Of a stretch of DNA of 64,000 nt, positions 1-12,224 are shown one piece after another. The translations under genes were made by a program, and so were the position numbers. The stretch's first letter is position 1. Each line of letters opens with the position of its first letter. Source of the DNA: Nemertoderma westbladi. Its lineage: Eukaryota > Animalia > Xenacoelomorpha. A model generated the notes under the pieces. That model saw only the letters and a list, made by a program, of their open reading frames with translations. It did not search any database and was not told the DNA's origin. The DNA is taken from positions 62,001 through 126,000 of the forward strand of contig JAUCBJ010004634.1 in the NCBI GenBank assembly GCA_032718475.1, read 5' to 3'.

Positions 1-1215
1 CCTTTCTGCCCTTGTACCGGTACTACAGTCAGACACACATTGCACTCCTTATCCGTTCTGCCATTTGTGACGGTACTACAGTAAGACACACATTGCACTC
101 CTTATCCTGTCTGCCCTTGTACCGGTACTACAGTCAGACACACATTGCACTCCTTATCCTTTCTGCCCTTGTACCGGTACTACAGTCAGACACACATTGC
201 ACTCCTTATCCTTTCTGCCATTTGTGACGGTACTACAGTCAGACACACATTGCACTCCTTATCCGTTCTGCCCTTGTACCGGTACTACAGTCAGACACAC
301 ATTGCACTCCTTATCCTTTCTGCCTTTTGTGACGGTACTACAGTCAAACAGACATTGCACTCCTTATCCTTTCTGCCTTTTGTGACGGTACTACAGTCAG
401 ACACACATTGCACTCCTTATCCTTTCTGCCTTTTGTGCCGGTACTACAGTCAGACACACATTGCACTCCTTATCCTTTCTGCCTTTTGTGACGGTACTAC
501 AGTCAGACACACATTGCCCTCCTTATCCTTTCTGCTTTATGTGACGGTACTACAGTCAGACACACATTGCACTCCTTATCCTTTCTGCCCTTGTACCGGT
601 ACTACAGTCAGACACACATTGCACTCCTTATCATTTCTGCCCTTTGTGATGGTACTACAGTCAGACACACATTGCACTCCTTATCCGTCCTGCCCTTTAT
701 GACGGTACTACAGTCAGACACACATTGCACTCCTTATCCTTTCTTCCCTTGTACCGGTACTACAGTCAGACACACATTGCACTCCTTATACTTTCTGCCC
801 TTTTAACGGTACTACAGTCAGACACACATTGCACTCCTTATCCTTTCTGCCCGCCTTTTAACGGTACTACAGTCAGACACACATTGCACTCCTTATCCTT
901 TCTGCCTTTTGTGACGGTACTACAGTCAGACAGACATTGCACTCCTTATCCTTTCTGCCTTTTGTGACGGTACTACAGTCAGACACACATTACACTCCTT
1001 ATCCTTTCTTCCCTTGTACCGGTACTACAGTCAGACACACATTGCACTCCTTATACTTTCTGTCCTTTTAACGGTACTACAGTCAGACACACATTGCACT
1101 CCTTATCCTTTCTTCCCTTGTACCGGTTCAACAGTCAGACACACATGGCACTCCTTATCCTTTCTGTCCTCGTACCGGTACTACAGTCACACACACATTG
1201 CACTCCGTCCTTTCT
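1..1215. repeat. Minisatellite, 52-53 bp unit (~23 copies), truncated by window start
   Basis: Unit CCTTTCTGCCCTTGTACCGGTACTACAGTCAGACACACATTGCACTCCTTAT repeated head-to-tail with scattered substitutions and 1-bp indels. Confidence 0.97.
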
Positions 1216-1508
1216 AACTATAGAAACGGTAATACTGTACAGGAAGAAATTTATGAAATTATTAATGTAATTTACTTTACAAGTAATATGGTAGTAGGAT
1301 TTTTTTTTTCTCGATATGTATATTATAATTATCGCAAAAACGCACTAAATGATCAATAGGATATTGCTTGCAGTACAGATGGTAACAACTCCATTACACA
1401 GTTACAATGAGCAATAATTATGTAATATACAATACCATACCATACCACTCAAGTAATATGGTACCTCGCTTGTATGTTGTATGAAAAACTACTTTATTTT
1501 ACAAATAG

Positions 1509-1661
1509 ATCCATCCGTAAAGGTGCCTGGCAAACAAAAAGGGATGTTGTTGAGTATCTCGTTGGAGGGTCACCCTGTACTCCCCAGCTGGCAGCTGGTA
1601 ATTGCTAATGACTCCGAACAAGTTCATTTTGTGTGCGACAACTTTGGCATGGAAACTGAAA
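1509..1661 (+). CDS. Internal exon (phase 1-1) of a host Ig/EGF-type extracellular protein: DPSVKVPGKQKGMLLSISLEGHPVLPSWQLVIANDSEQVHFVCDNFGMETE
   Basis: Acceptor ttttacaaatAG, donor GTAAGT at 1662, 153 bp, open frame; joins the next exon in frame. Confidence 0.7.
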
Positions 1662-1816
1662 GTAAGTAGTAACAACAAAATGTTAAGTTAATTGTTAGTT
1701 TTTATGATTTTAATTTTTTTACAACCGTAGATTTTTTATCCAATGATCTCATATTTTTCCGTTTATGAACATATTTATCGAAACTTTCCGCACAAAAGAT
1801 TCCGTTTATATCTTAT

Positions 1817-1952
1817 AGATAGATAGATTTATTTATACTTTATGTAAAAAACAATAACAAATACACCAAACAATGTACCGGTATAAAGGTATTGTCCAAC
1901 ATAACATAAAGGAATACCCCTAAAGCTTTGCAGCTTATTTCCAAGGGGGTCC
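1817..1952 (-). mobile_element. Possible 3' tail of a LINE/SINE
   Basis: Minus strand reads GGACCCCCTTGGAAATAAGCTG... and ends in AATAAAT(CTAT)n; a similar GGACC..TGGAAATAAG motif occurs in the SINE near 60490. Confidence 0.3.
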
Positions 1953-2154
1953 TTTATGTTTCTTGGTTACAAATACAATATTACACTACGCTAACCTAAA
2001 ACCAATATAAAACGTAATTACACTATGTACATGTACAACTTTACCGAGAGCGTGACAATGTCCGACTCAACGATAAAGATGTAACAGATTATAACAGATT
2101 TATCAACGTAGACCTCGTCCAAAACTAATATTTAATCTCAATCACTTTTTACAG

Positions 2155-2343
2155 GAGTTACATTTTATTCCGCCACACCAGAAGATAAAAAATGGAATAT
2201 TTGGAAAAATGACACCAATATTACCACCTACACTCTCCCAGCCAGCGAGGTCTTACAGGCGGCATATAAATGCGAGATTAAGTTTACAAAAATTCGACAA
2301 ATTCGCACTTCTAATATGTTTTGGATATACAAAACTCCGGATG
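2155..2343 (+). CDS. Internal exon (phase 1-1), second half of an Ig-like domain: VTFYSATPEDKKWNIWKNDTNITTYTLPASEVLQAAYKCEIKFTKIRQIRTSNMFWIYKTPD
   Basis: Branch-like ACTAAT near 2124, acceptor cactttttacAG, donor GTAAGT at 2344, 189 bp open; YKC motif pairs with the Cys in the previous exon. Confidence 0.75.
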
Positions 2344-2641
2344 GTAAGTCGGTATGATCCTAAGGCCTAAAGGGTACATTATCTCTAACAGTAGTTTATG
2401 TCAGGGGCGAGCCATAAAGTAAGTGAAATTTATACAAACTATTTAGTTTGTACAAAAAAGGCACTATAAGTTCCGTCTCCACTTGTCTCAATAATTATTG
2501 TCGAATGTCAATATCTATATGCGACGCCCCTATCAAGTTTGGTGACAATAAGTGCTGCCAGTATGTTTACAGTGGGGGTGTACGGGTTATTCATTCATTT
2601 TAACAAATCATATGTAAATTATTTTATATTTTGGTCAACAG

Positions 2642-2695
2642 GTAACACCTGTGACGAAATCAAAACTGATATTTGTGTTGACGGACAAATTTCCG
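2642..2695 (+). CDS. Internal exon (phase 1-1), Cys-rich: GNTCDEIKTDICVDGQIS
   Basis: Acceptor ttttggtcaacAG, donor GTTAGT at 2696, 54 bp open, phase matches neighbours. Confidence 0.65.
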
Positions 2696-2823
2696 GTTAG
2701 TAATATTATATAATTATATGACTAATTCTTGTCTAGGCCTATCGAGCAAATTATTTATTAGAATTTTCTAGGTTTCTCTCCGTTACATTGCTTATATGTC
2801 CATCCGTTATTTCCTTCCAATAG

Positions 2824-2949
2824 GTCAGAAGATCTGTCCGCTTGGTCACATACCAGATCCAGTCAACGTTGGCTTTTGCGTTCTGTTTCAGTGTGGGACT
2901 GTGAATTCGGACCATTGCTTCACTCAGGGGAGACCTTGGAGTCTGTATG
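2824..2949 (+). CDS. Internal exon (phase 1-1), EGF/laminin-EGF-like: GQKICPLGHIPDPVNVGFCVLFQCGTVNSDHCFTQGRPWSLY
   Basis: Acceptor tttccttccaatAG, donor GTTGGT at 2950, 126 bp open. Confidence 0.65.
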
Positions 2950-3100
2950 GTTGGTTAACTTTTAATATTAATTAGAAAAAAATAATAAAATAAATAAATA
3001 AAATAAATAATCAACTAATTTACACCAGTCAGGTTTCACACATTCTAGAAGTTGGGTGCAGGTTAGGTGCCTTATTTATTCATATTTAATACAATAAATA

Positions 3101-3400
3101 TGTGGGGCGAGCCATGAAGAAAGGGTGGACTTATCATAGGAGTACCATTAATCAAGCCGTCCTTTTGTTAATCCTGTCGTGTACAATATTTGAACATAAA
3201 TAACTCGATCAATACTCGATGAAATCTAACCAAACTTGGTACACATGTAGTCGGGGGTAAGTAATCTAACAGAACACAAAATATTACACGCAATACATTA
3301 GACTAACGAAATCGGCCTGTAGTTAAATGGATCCCATCCCCAGGGGGTGGGTTTCAAATGACAATTTAATGAAATATTGTAATCATCAAATATCAGTAAG
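3101..3400 (+). mobile_element. Diverged fragment of the HINE-like family seen at 28285 and 61227 (3' end approximate)
   Basis: Starts TGTGGGGCGAGCCA like those copies; internal AAACTTGGTACAC motif. Confidence 0.35.
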
Positions 3401-3560
3401 CCTATCTATGTAATCAGTCTGATTTTATCAACATCCCAATTTTTTACTCATACTGTAGGGGTACAGGGTATGCCATCAAATAACTTTTGCTATTATTATG
3501 TTTATAATTAATTAATTACAGAATTTATAAAACTATCAGTTAACTTTTAAATTCTTCAAG

Positions 3561-3659
3561 GTACCAAATGCGTCACTTCCGGTGACCCTAGCAGTACTAG
3601 CTATATTTCAGTTATCGCTTATGCTCAGGATTACGATACCTTTACTCCAACATGCTTAG
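3561..3659 (+). CDS. Internal exon (phase 1-1): GTKCVTSGDPSSTSYISVIAYAQDYDTFTPTCL
   Basis: Acceptor aattcttcaAG, donor GTGAGT at 3660, 99 bp open. Confidence 0.7.
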   Translation, partial: VPNASLPVTLAVLAIFQLSLMLRITIPLLQHA

Positions 3660-3774
3660 GTGAGTAAAAATTTATAATATACATTTATTTTATATTATTT
3701 TATTAAATATAAACCATAATATTAAAATATTAAAAATACCAAAATAATACCAAAATATTAAAAATATAGACCAA

Positions 3775-3950
3775 GCAGAAGCTTTGTCTAGTGGTGACAT
3801 TACTGTGCTGCCGATTAGGGAGCCCGGGTTCGATCCCTAGATGGGGCAGCACTATTTGGGCACAGTGCTTTAAATGCCGCAGCCTAGCCCAACCCCGGAT
3901 TTCATCCTTCAGTGGTCGATAAATGGGAAACAAGGCAACTTGGGAAACAG
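3775..3950 (+). mobile_element. tRNA-derived SINE with a Meta-domain-like core
   Basis: A-box-like TTGTCTAGTGG (~3784), B-box GGTTCGATCCC (3827-3837), then TTTCATCCTTCAGTGGTCGATAAATG (~3900-3925), which resembles the MetaSINE core. Confidence 0.6.
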
Positions 3951-4370
3951 AGTGGAAGTGTTCGCGGTATTTCAACTTTTCCTAACGCGAGTTGAATATT
4001 TTTTGGATTTATTTAAAATGAATATTCCGATATCACTACTGGGTGCGGGAACATGGGATTTGGGCACATTCAATGGACTGTGGGTGATTTATGGGCGAAT
4101 ATTGGGGCGACTTACGGGGTACGGGACTCATTTCATGTATTTAAGGGCCAGAGGTGGGAGGTAAATTTAAGCAGTATTCAGGTTTAAATGATTACTATTA
4201 GGCCTAGCCAACTTCCTGCTGCCTGTAGAGGTGGATTTGGTAACTCGCTAGGTCTAAAGGACAAGGACTGCACTTAGTGGTCCCTGTCCAACAGCAGTTA
4301 TTACGAGCCTGAAAAGGACATCGGAAAGTCTGCTGCTTGTGTCAGGGATTTGCGACGGGAACCGACGACA

Positions 4371-5117
4371 GACCCCTAGCCAAGCCGTACTGGTTCCTGA
4401 CCGATCCCTTCGGGGTTCGGGAAGGGTGGGATGGACACGCGAATGGGTTGACCGACTAACGGAGGAAGGGTTCGACGAGGACTGCCTTCTGGAAGTGGGT
4501 TCCACGACCGGCGTTAGTACGAGCTTGGATCGTAAGGACTCGGAAAACCACCAACCGTTGGGGCTCACGATGGGCTGACAGACACCTTGCCAACGACACG
4601 CGAACGGGTCGACCGACTAACGGAGGAAGGGTTCGACGAGGACTGCCTTCCTGAAGTGGGTTCCACGACTGGTGTTAGTACGAGCTCGGATCGTAAGGAC
4701 TCGGAAAACCACCAACCGTTGGGGCTCACGACGGGCTGACAGACCCCTTGCCAAGCCGTACTGGTTCCTGACCGATCCCTACGGGGTTCGGGAAGGGTGG
4801 GATGGACACGCAACGGGGTCGAAAGACAAAGGACTGGACTCTACTGGCCTGCCGACTGTTTGGAGCAGCTTCTCGGCTGCCGAAGCGACTACGAGCCTGA
4901 ATAAGGACTCGGAAAGCCTAGGTGGTTGGGTCTCTGCGATGAACCGACGGACCCCTAGCCAAGCCGTACTGGTTCCTGATGATCGATCCCTTCGGGGTTC
5001 GGGAAGGGTGGTACGGACACGCAACCGGGTCTACCGACTGGACCGACCCTTAGCCAAGCCGTACTGGTTCCTGATGACCGATCCCTTCGGGGTTCGGGAA
5101 GGGTGGGACGGACACGC
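4371..5117. repeat. Complex GC-rich intronic repeat: four copies of a ~70-bp motif interleaved with two copies of a ~135-bp motif
   Basis: CCAAGCCGTACTGGTTCCTGA(TGA)CCGATCCCTTCGGGGTTCGGGAAGGGTGG near 4380, 4750, 4960 and 5055; GACCGACTAACGGAGG...GGGCTGACAGAC near 4450 and 4611. Confidence 0.85.
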
Positions 5118-5392
5118 AACAGGGTCGACCGACACCAACACTACGGTACCGAGACTAGGACCGGGGGAAAATTGGGGAACATTAGTTAGGCTAAAATCTG
5201 AGCGAACAGTGGGTAATTAAATAATGTACTGTAGGGATTTATATTGTCGTGTTCTATTATTGTGAATATTTGGTGTATATTGGTTTGGGGAAGCCCAACT
5301 TATTCTCAATCAAGGCTCAACTGTAGGGAAGTTACATTAAAGAGTATATCCAACCAATGAAACTTTTCCTCAACCGCAATCTTGCATTTAAG

Positions 5393-5538
5393 AACGTATT
5401 CCTTCTCCACTACCAATATCCGGTGACTGGCCGGGATTCCGTGGTCTGAAAAGTTCCGCCTCCAGCATCGGCGTTTTCCCCCATGTTGTCAGGAATAACG
5501 GCAACAGGAAGGGTTTACTGTGGAAGATCACCCATGGT
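5393..5538 (+). CDS. Possible further phase-1 exon (ERIPSPLPISGDWPGFRGLKSSASSIGVFPHVVRNNGNRKG...) running into the satellite-derived hairpin; 3' end undefined
   Basis: Acceptor cttgcatttaAG; frame stays open until a TGA inside the hairpin; no clean donor site. Confidence 0.35.
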
Positions 5539-5580
5539 CACCACCATGGGTGATCTTCCACAGTAAACCCTTCCTGTTGC
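5501..5580. repeat. Perfect 38-bp inverted repeat (4-nt loop) at the left boundary of the 63-bp satellite
   Basis: GCAACAGGAAGGGTTTACTGTGGAAGATCACCCATGGT (5501-5538), loop CACC, exact reverse complement at 5543-5580. Confidence 0.97.
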
Positions 5581-8500
5581 AGACATTCCTTTAGGAAACA
5601 GAGTGGAATGGTTTACTGTGGAAGATCACCCATGGTGGTGAACAGGCATTCCTTTAGAAAACAGAGTGGAAGGGTTTACTGTGGAAGGTCACCCATGGTG
5701 GTGAACAGGAAACAGAGTGGAATGGTTTACTGTGGAAGATCACCCATGGTGGTGAACAGGCATTCCTTTAGAAAACAGAGTGGAAGGGTTTACTGTGGAA
5801 GGTCACCCATGGTGGTGAACAGGCATTCCTTTAGGAAACACAGTGGAAGGGTTTATTGTGGAAGATCACCCATGGTGGTGAACAGGCATTCCTTTAGGAA
5901 TCATAGTGGAAGGGTTTACTGTGGAAGATCACCCATGGTGGTGAACAGGCATTCCTTTAGGAAACAGAGTGGAAGGGTTTACTGTGGAAGATCACCCATG
6001 GTGGTGAACAGGCATTCCTTTAGGAAACACAGTGTAAGTGTTTACTGTGGAAGATCACCCGTGGTGGTGAACAGGCATTCCTTTAGGAAACGGAGTGGAA
6101 GGGTTTACTGTGGAAGATCACTCATGGTGGTGAACTGGCATTCCTTTAGGAAACAGAGTGGAAGGGTTTACTGTGGAAGATCACTCATGGTGGTGAACAG
6201 GCATTCCTTTAGGAAACAGAGTGGAAGGGTTTACTGTGGAAGAGCACCCATGGTGGTGAACAGACATTCCTTTAGGAAACAGAGTGGAAGGGTTTACTGT
6301 GGAAGATCACCCATGGTGATGAACGGGCATTCCTTAGGAAACAAAAAGTGGAAGGGTTTACTGTGTACTGTGGAAGATCACCCATGGTGATAAACAGGCA
6401 TTCCTTTAGGAAACAAAGTGGAAGGGTTTACTGTGGAAGATCACCCATGGTGGTGAACAGGCATTCCTTTAGGAAACGGAGTTGATGTGTTTAATGTGGA
6501 ATTTCACCCATGGTGGTGAACAGGCATTCCTTTAGGAAACAGAGTGGAAAGGTTTACTGTGGAAGATCACCCATGGTGTTGAACAGGCATTCCTTTAGGA
6601 AACAGAGTGGAAGGGTTTACTGTGGAAGATCACCCATGGTGGTGAACAGGCATTCCTTTAGGAAACGGAGTTGATGTGTTTACTGTGGAATTTAACCCAT
6701 GGTGGTGAACAGGCATTCATTTAGGAAACAGAGTGGAAAGGTTTACAGTGGAAGATCAACCATGGTGGAGAACAGGCATTCCTTTAGGAAACACAGTGGA
6801 AGGGTGTACTATGGAAGATCACCCATGGTGGTTAACAGGCATTCCTTTAGGAAACGGAGTGGAAGGGTTTACTGTGGAAGATTACCAATGGTGGAGAACA
6901 TGCATTCCTTTAGAAAACAGAGAGGAAGGGTTTACAGTGGAAGATCAGACATGGTGGTGAACAGGCATTCCTTTAGGAAACAGAGTGGAAGGGTTTGTGT
7001 GGAAGATCACGTGGTGAACAGGCACTCTTTTAGGAAACAGAGTGGAAGGGTTTACTGTGGAAGATCACACATGGTGGTGTACAGGCATTCCTTTAGGAGA
7101 CAGAGTGGAAGGGTTTGTGTGGAAGATCACGTGGTTAACAGGCACTCTTTTAGTAAACAGAGTGGAAGGGTTAGTGTGGAAGATCACGTGGTGAACAGGC
7201 ACTCTTTTAGGAAACAGAGTGGAAAGGTGTACTGTGGAAGATCACCCATGGTGGTGAACAGGCATTCCTTTTGGAAACAGAGTGGATGGTTTACTGTGGA
7301 AGATCACCCATAGTGGTGAACAGGCATTCCTTTAGGAAACAGAGTGGAAGGGTTTGTGTGGAAGATCACGCGGTGAACAGGCACTCTTTTAGGAAACAGA
7401 GTAGAAGGGTTTGTGTGGAAAATCACGTGGTGAACCAGCACTCTTTTAGGAAACAGAGTGGAAAGGTGTACTGTGGAAGATCACCCATGGTGACGAACAA
7501 GCATTCCTTTAGGAAACAGAGTGGATGGATTTACAGTGGAAGATCACTCACGGTGGTGAACAAGCATTCCTTTAGGAAACAGAGTGGAAGGGTTTACTGT
7601 GGAAGAGCACCCATGGTGGTGAACAGACATTCCTTTAGGAAACAGAGTGGAAGGGTTTACTGTGGAAGATCACCCATGGTGGTGAACTGGCATTTCTTTA
7701 GGAAACAGAGTGGAAGGGTTTACTGTGGAAGATCACCCATGGTGATGAACAGGCATTCCTTTAGGAAACAAAGAGTTGAAGGATTTACTGTGGAAGATCA
7801 CCCATGGTGGTGAACTGGCATTTCTTTAGGAAACAGAGTGGAAGGGTTTACTGTGGAAGATCACCCATGGTGATGAACAGGCATTCCTTAGGAAACAAAG
7901 AGTGGAAGGGTTTACTGTGGAAGATCACCCATGGTGGTGAACTGGCATTTCTTTAGGAAACAGAGTGGAAGGGTTTACTGTGGAAGATCACCCATGGTGA
8001 TGAACAAGCATTCCTTTATGAAACAGAGTGGAAGGGTTTATTGTAAAAGAGCACCCATGGTGGTGAACAGGCATTCCTTAGGAAACAAAGAGTGGAAGGG
8101 TTTACTGTGGAAGATCACCCATGGTGGTGAACTGGCATTTCTTTAGGAAACAGAGTGGAAGGGTTTACTGTGGAAGATCACCCATGGTGGTGAACAGGCA
8201 TTCCTTTAGGAAACATAATGGAAGGGTTTACTGTGGAAGATCACCCATGGTGGTGAACAGACATTCCTTTAGGAAACAGAGTGGAAGGGTTTACTGTGGA
8301 AGATCACCCATGGTGATGAACAGGCATTCCTTAGGAAACAAAGAGTGGAAGGGTTTACTGTGGAAGATCACCCATGGTGGTGAACTGGCATTTCTTTAGG
8401 AAACAGAGTGGAAGGGTTTACTGTGGAAGAGCACCCATGGTGGTGAACAGACATTCCTTTAGGAAACAGAGTGGAAGGGTTTGTGTGGAAGATCACGCGG

Positions 8501-11500
8501 TGAACAGGCACTCTTTTAGGAAACAGAGTAGAAGGGTTTGTGTGGAAAATCACGTGGTGAACCAGCACTCTTTTAGGAAACAGAGTGGAAAGGTGTACTG
8601 TGGAAGATCACCCATGGTGACGAACAAGCATTCCTTTAGGAAACAGAGTGGATGGATTTACAGTGGAAGATCACTCACGGTGGTGAACAAGCATTCCTTT
8701 AGGAAACAGAGTGGAAGGGTTTACTGTGGAAGATCACCCATGGTGGTGAACTGGCATTTCTTTAGGAAACGGAGTGGAAGGGTTTACTGTGGAAGATCAC
8801 CCATGGTGGTGAACTGGCATTTCTTTAGGAAACAGAGTGGAAGGGTTTACTGTGGAAGATCACCCATGGTGATGAACAGGCATTCCTTTAGGAAACAAAG
8901 AGTTGAAGGATTTACTGTGGAAGATCACCCATGGTGATGAACAGGCATTCCTTAGGAAACAAAGAGTGGAAGGGTTTACTGTGGAAGATCACCCATGGTG
9001 GTGAACTGGCATTTCTTTAGGAAACAGAGTGGAAGGGTTTACTGTGGAAGATCACCCATGGTGATGAACAGGCATTCCTTAGGAAACAAAGAGTGGAAGG
9101 GTTTACTGTGGAAGATCACCCATGGTGGTGAACTGGCATTTCTTTAGGAAACAGAGTGGAAGGGTTTACTGTGGAAGATCACCCATGGTGATGAACAAGC
9201 ATTCCTTTATGAAACAGAGTGGAAGGGTTTATTGTAAAAGAGCACCCATGGTGGTGAACAGGCATTCCTTAGGAAACAAAGAGTGGAAGGGTTTACTGTG
9301 GAAGATCACCCATGGTGGTGAAGAGGCATTCCTTTAGGAAACATAATGGAAGGGTTTACTGTGGAAGATCACCCATGGTGGTGAACAGACATTCCTTTAG
9401 GAAACAGAGTGGAAGGGTTTACTGTGGAAGATCACCCATGGTGGTGAACAGGCATTCCTTTAGGAAACATAATGGAAGGGTTTACTGTGGAAGATCACCC
9501 ATGGTGGTGAACAGACATTCCTTTAGGAAACAGAGTGGAAGGGTTTACTGTGGAAGATCACCCATGGTGATGAACAGGCATTCCTTTAGGAAACAGAGTG
9601 GAAGGGTTTACTGTGGAAGATCACCCATGGTGGTGAACAGGCATTCCTTTAGGAAACATAATGGAAGGGTTTACTGTGGAAGATCACCCATGGTGGTGAA
9701 CAGACATTCCTTTAGGAAACAGAGTGGAAGGGTTTACTGTGGAAGATCACCCATGGTGATGAACAGGCATTCCTTAGGAAACAAAGAGTGGAAGGGTTTA
9801 CTGTGGAAGATCACCCATGGTGGTGAACAGACATTCCTTTAGGAAACAGAGTGGAAGGGTTTGTGTGGAAGATCACGCGGTGAACAGGCACTCTTTTAGG
9901 AAACAGAGTAGAAGGGTTTGTGTGGAAAATCACGTGGTGAACCAGCACTCTTTTAGGAAACAGAGTGGAAAGGTGTACTGTGGAAGATCACCCATGGTGA
10001 CGAACAAGCATTCCTTTAGGAAACAGAGTGGATGGATTTACAGTGGAAGATCACTCACGGTGGTGAACAAGCATTCCTTTAGGAAACAGAGTGGAAGGGT
10101 TTACTGTGGAAGAGCACCCATGGTGGTGAACAGACATTCCTTTAGGAAACAGAGTGGAAGGGTTTACTGTGGAAGAGCACCCATGGTGGTGAACAGACAT
10201 TCCTTTAGGAAACAGAGTGGAAGGGTTTACTGTGGAAGATCACGTGGTGAACCAGCACTCTTTTAGGATACAGAGTGGAAAGGTGTACTGTGGAAGATCA
10301 CCCATGGTGACGAACAAGCATTCCTTTAGGAAACAGAGTGGATGGGTTTACAGTGGAAGATCACCCATGGTGATGAACAGGCATTCCTTAGAAAACAAAG
10401 AGTGGAATGGTTTACTGTGGAAGAACACCCATGGTGATGAACTGGCATTCCTTTAGGAAACAGATTGGAAGGGTTTACTGTGGAAGAGCACCCATGGTGG
10501 TGAACAGACATTCCTTTAGGAAACAGAGTGGAAGGGTTTACTGTGGAAGATCACCCATGGTGGTGAACAGGCACTCTTTAAGGAAACACAGTGGAAGGGT
10601 TTGTGTGGAAGATCACGTGGTGAACCAGCACTCTTTTAGGATACAGAGTGGAAAGGTGTACTGTGGAAGATCACCCATGGTGACGAACAAGCATTCCTTT
10701 AGGAAACAGAGTGGATGGGTTTACAGTGGAAGATCACTCACGGTGGTGAACAAGCATTCCTTTAGGAAACAGAGTGGAAGGGTTTACTGTGGAAGATCAC
10801 CCATGGTGGTGAACTGGCATTTCTTTAGGAAACGGAGTGGAAGGGTTTACTGTGGAAGATCACCCATGGTGGTGAACTGGCATTTCTTTAGGAAACAGAG
10901 TGGAAGGGTTTACTGTGGAAGATCACCCATGGTGATGAACAGGCATTCCTTTAGGAAACAAAGAGTGGAAGGATTTACTGTGGGAGATCACCCATGGTGG
11001 TGAACAGGCATTCCTTTAGGAAACAAAGAGTGGACGGGTTTACTGTGGAAGATCACCCATTGTGGTGAACTGGCATTCCTTTAGGAAACAGAGTGGAAGG
11101 GTTTACTGTGGAAGATCACCCATGGTGGTGAACAGGCATTCCTTTAGGAAACAAAGAGTGGAAGGGTTTACTGTGGAAGATCACCCATTGTGGTGAACAG
11201 GCATTCCTTTAGGAAACAGAGTGGAAGGGTTTACTGTGGAAGATCACCCATGGTGATGAACAGGCATTCCTTTAGGAAACAGAGTGGAAGGGTTTACTGT
11301 GGAAGATCACCCATTGTGGTGAACAGGCATTCCTTTAGGAAACAGAGTGGAAGGGTTTACTGTGGAAGATCACCCATGGTGGTGAACAGGCATTCCTTTA
11401 GGAAACAGAGTGGAAGGGTTTACTGTGGAAGATCACCCATTGTGGTGAACAGGCATTCCTTTAGGAAACAGAGTGGAAGGGTTACTGTGGAAGATCACCC

Positions 11501-12214
11501 ATGGTGGTGAACAGGCATTCCTTTAGGAAACAGAGTGGAAGGGTTTACTGTGGAAGATCACCCATGGTGGTGAACAGGCATTCCTTTAGGAAACAGAGTG
11601 GAAGGGTTTACTGTGGAAGATCACCCACGGTGGTGAACTGGCATTTCTTTAGGAAACAGAGTGGAAGGGTTTACTGTGGAAGATCACCCATGGTGATGAA
11701 CAGGCATTCCTTTAGGAAACAGAGTGGAAGGATTTACTGTGGGAGATCACCCATGGTGGTGAACAGGCATTCCTTTAGGAAACAGAGTGGAAGGGTTTAC
11801 TGTGGAAGATCACCCATTGTGGTGAACAGGCATTCCTTTAGGAAACAGAGTGGAAGGGTTTACTGTGGAAGATCACCCATGGTGGTGAACAGGCATTCCT
11901 TTAGGAAACAGAGTGGAAGGGTTTACTGTGGAAGATCACCCATTGTGGTGAACAGGCATTCCTTTAGGAAACAGAGTGGAAGGGTTTACTGTGGAAGATC
12001 ACCCATGGTGATGAACAGGCATTCCTTTAGGAAACAGAGTGGAAGGGTTTACTGTGGAAGATCACCCATTGTGGTGAACAGGCATTCCTTTAGGAAACAG
12101 AGTGGAAGGGTTTACTGTGGAAGATCACCCATGGTGGTGAACAGGCATTCCTTTAGGAAACAGAGTGGAAGGGTTTACTGTGGAAGATCACCCATTGTGG
12201 TGAACAGGCATTCC
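5581..12214. repeat. Satellite array, 63-bp unit (~105 copies) with higher-order variant blocks
   Basis: Consensus GGAAACAGAGTGGAAGGGTTTACTGTGGAAGATCACCCATGGTGGTGAACAGGCATTCCTTTA; produces the 21-aa periodic pseudo-ORFs in the track. Confidence 0.98.
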
Positions 12215-12224
12215 CTTCCATTAA

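Noticed and set aside
12-1217. Overlapping ORFs with YRYYSQTHIALLI / TTVRHTLHSL repeats
   Set aside because: Translations of a 52/53-bp minisatellite; the frame shifts from unit to unit.
3781-3850. tRNA gene
   Set aside because: Has A and B boxes but no convincing acceptor stem or cloverleaf, and continues into a SINE-type core.
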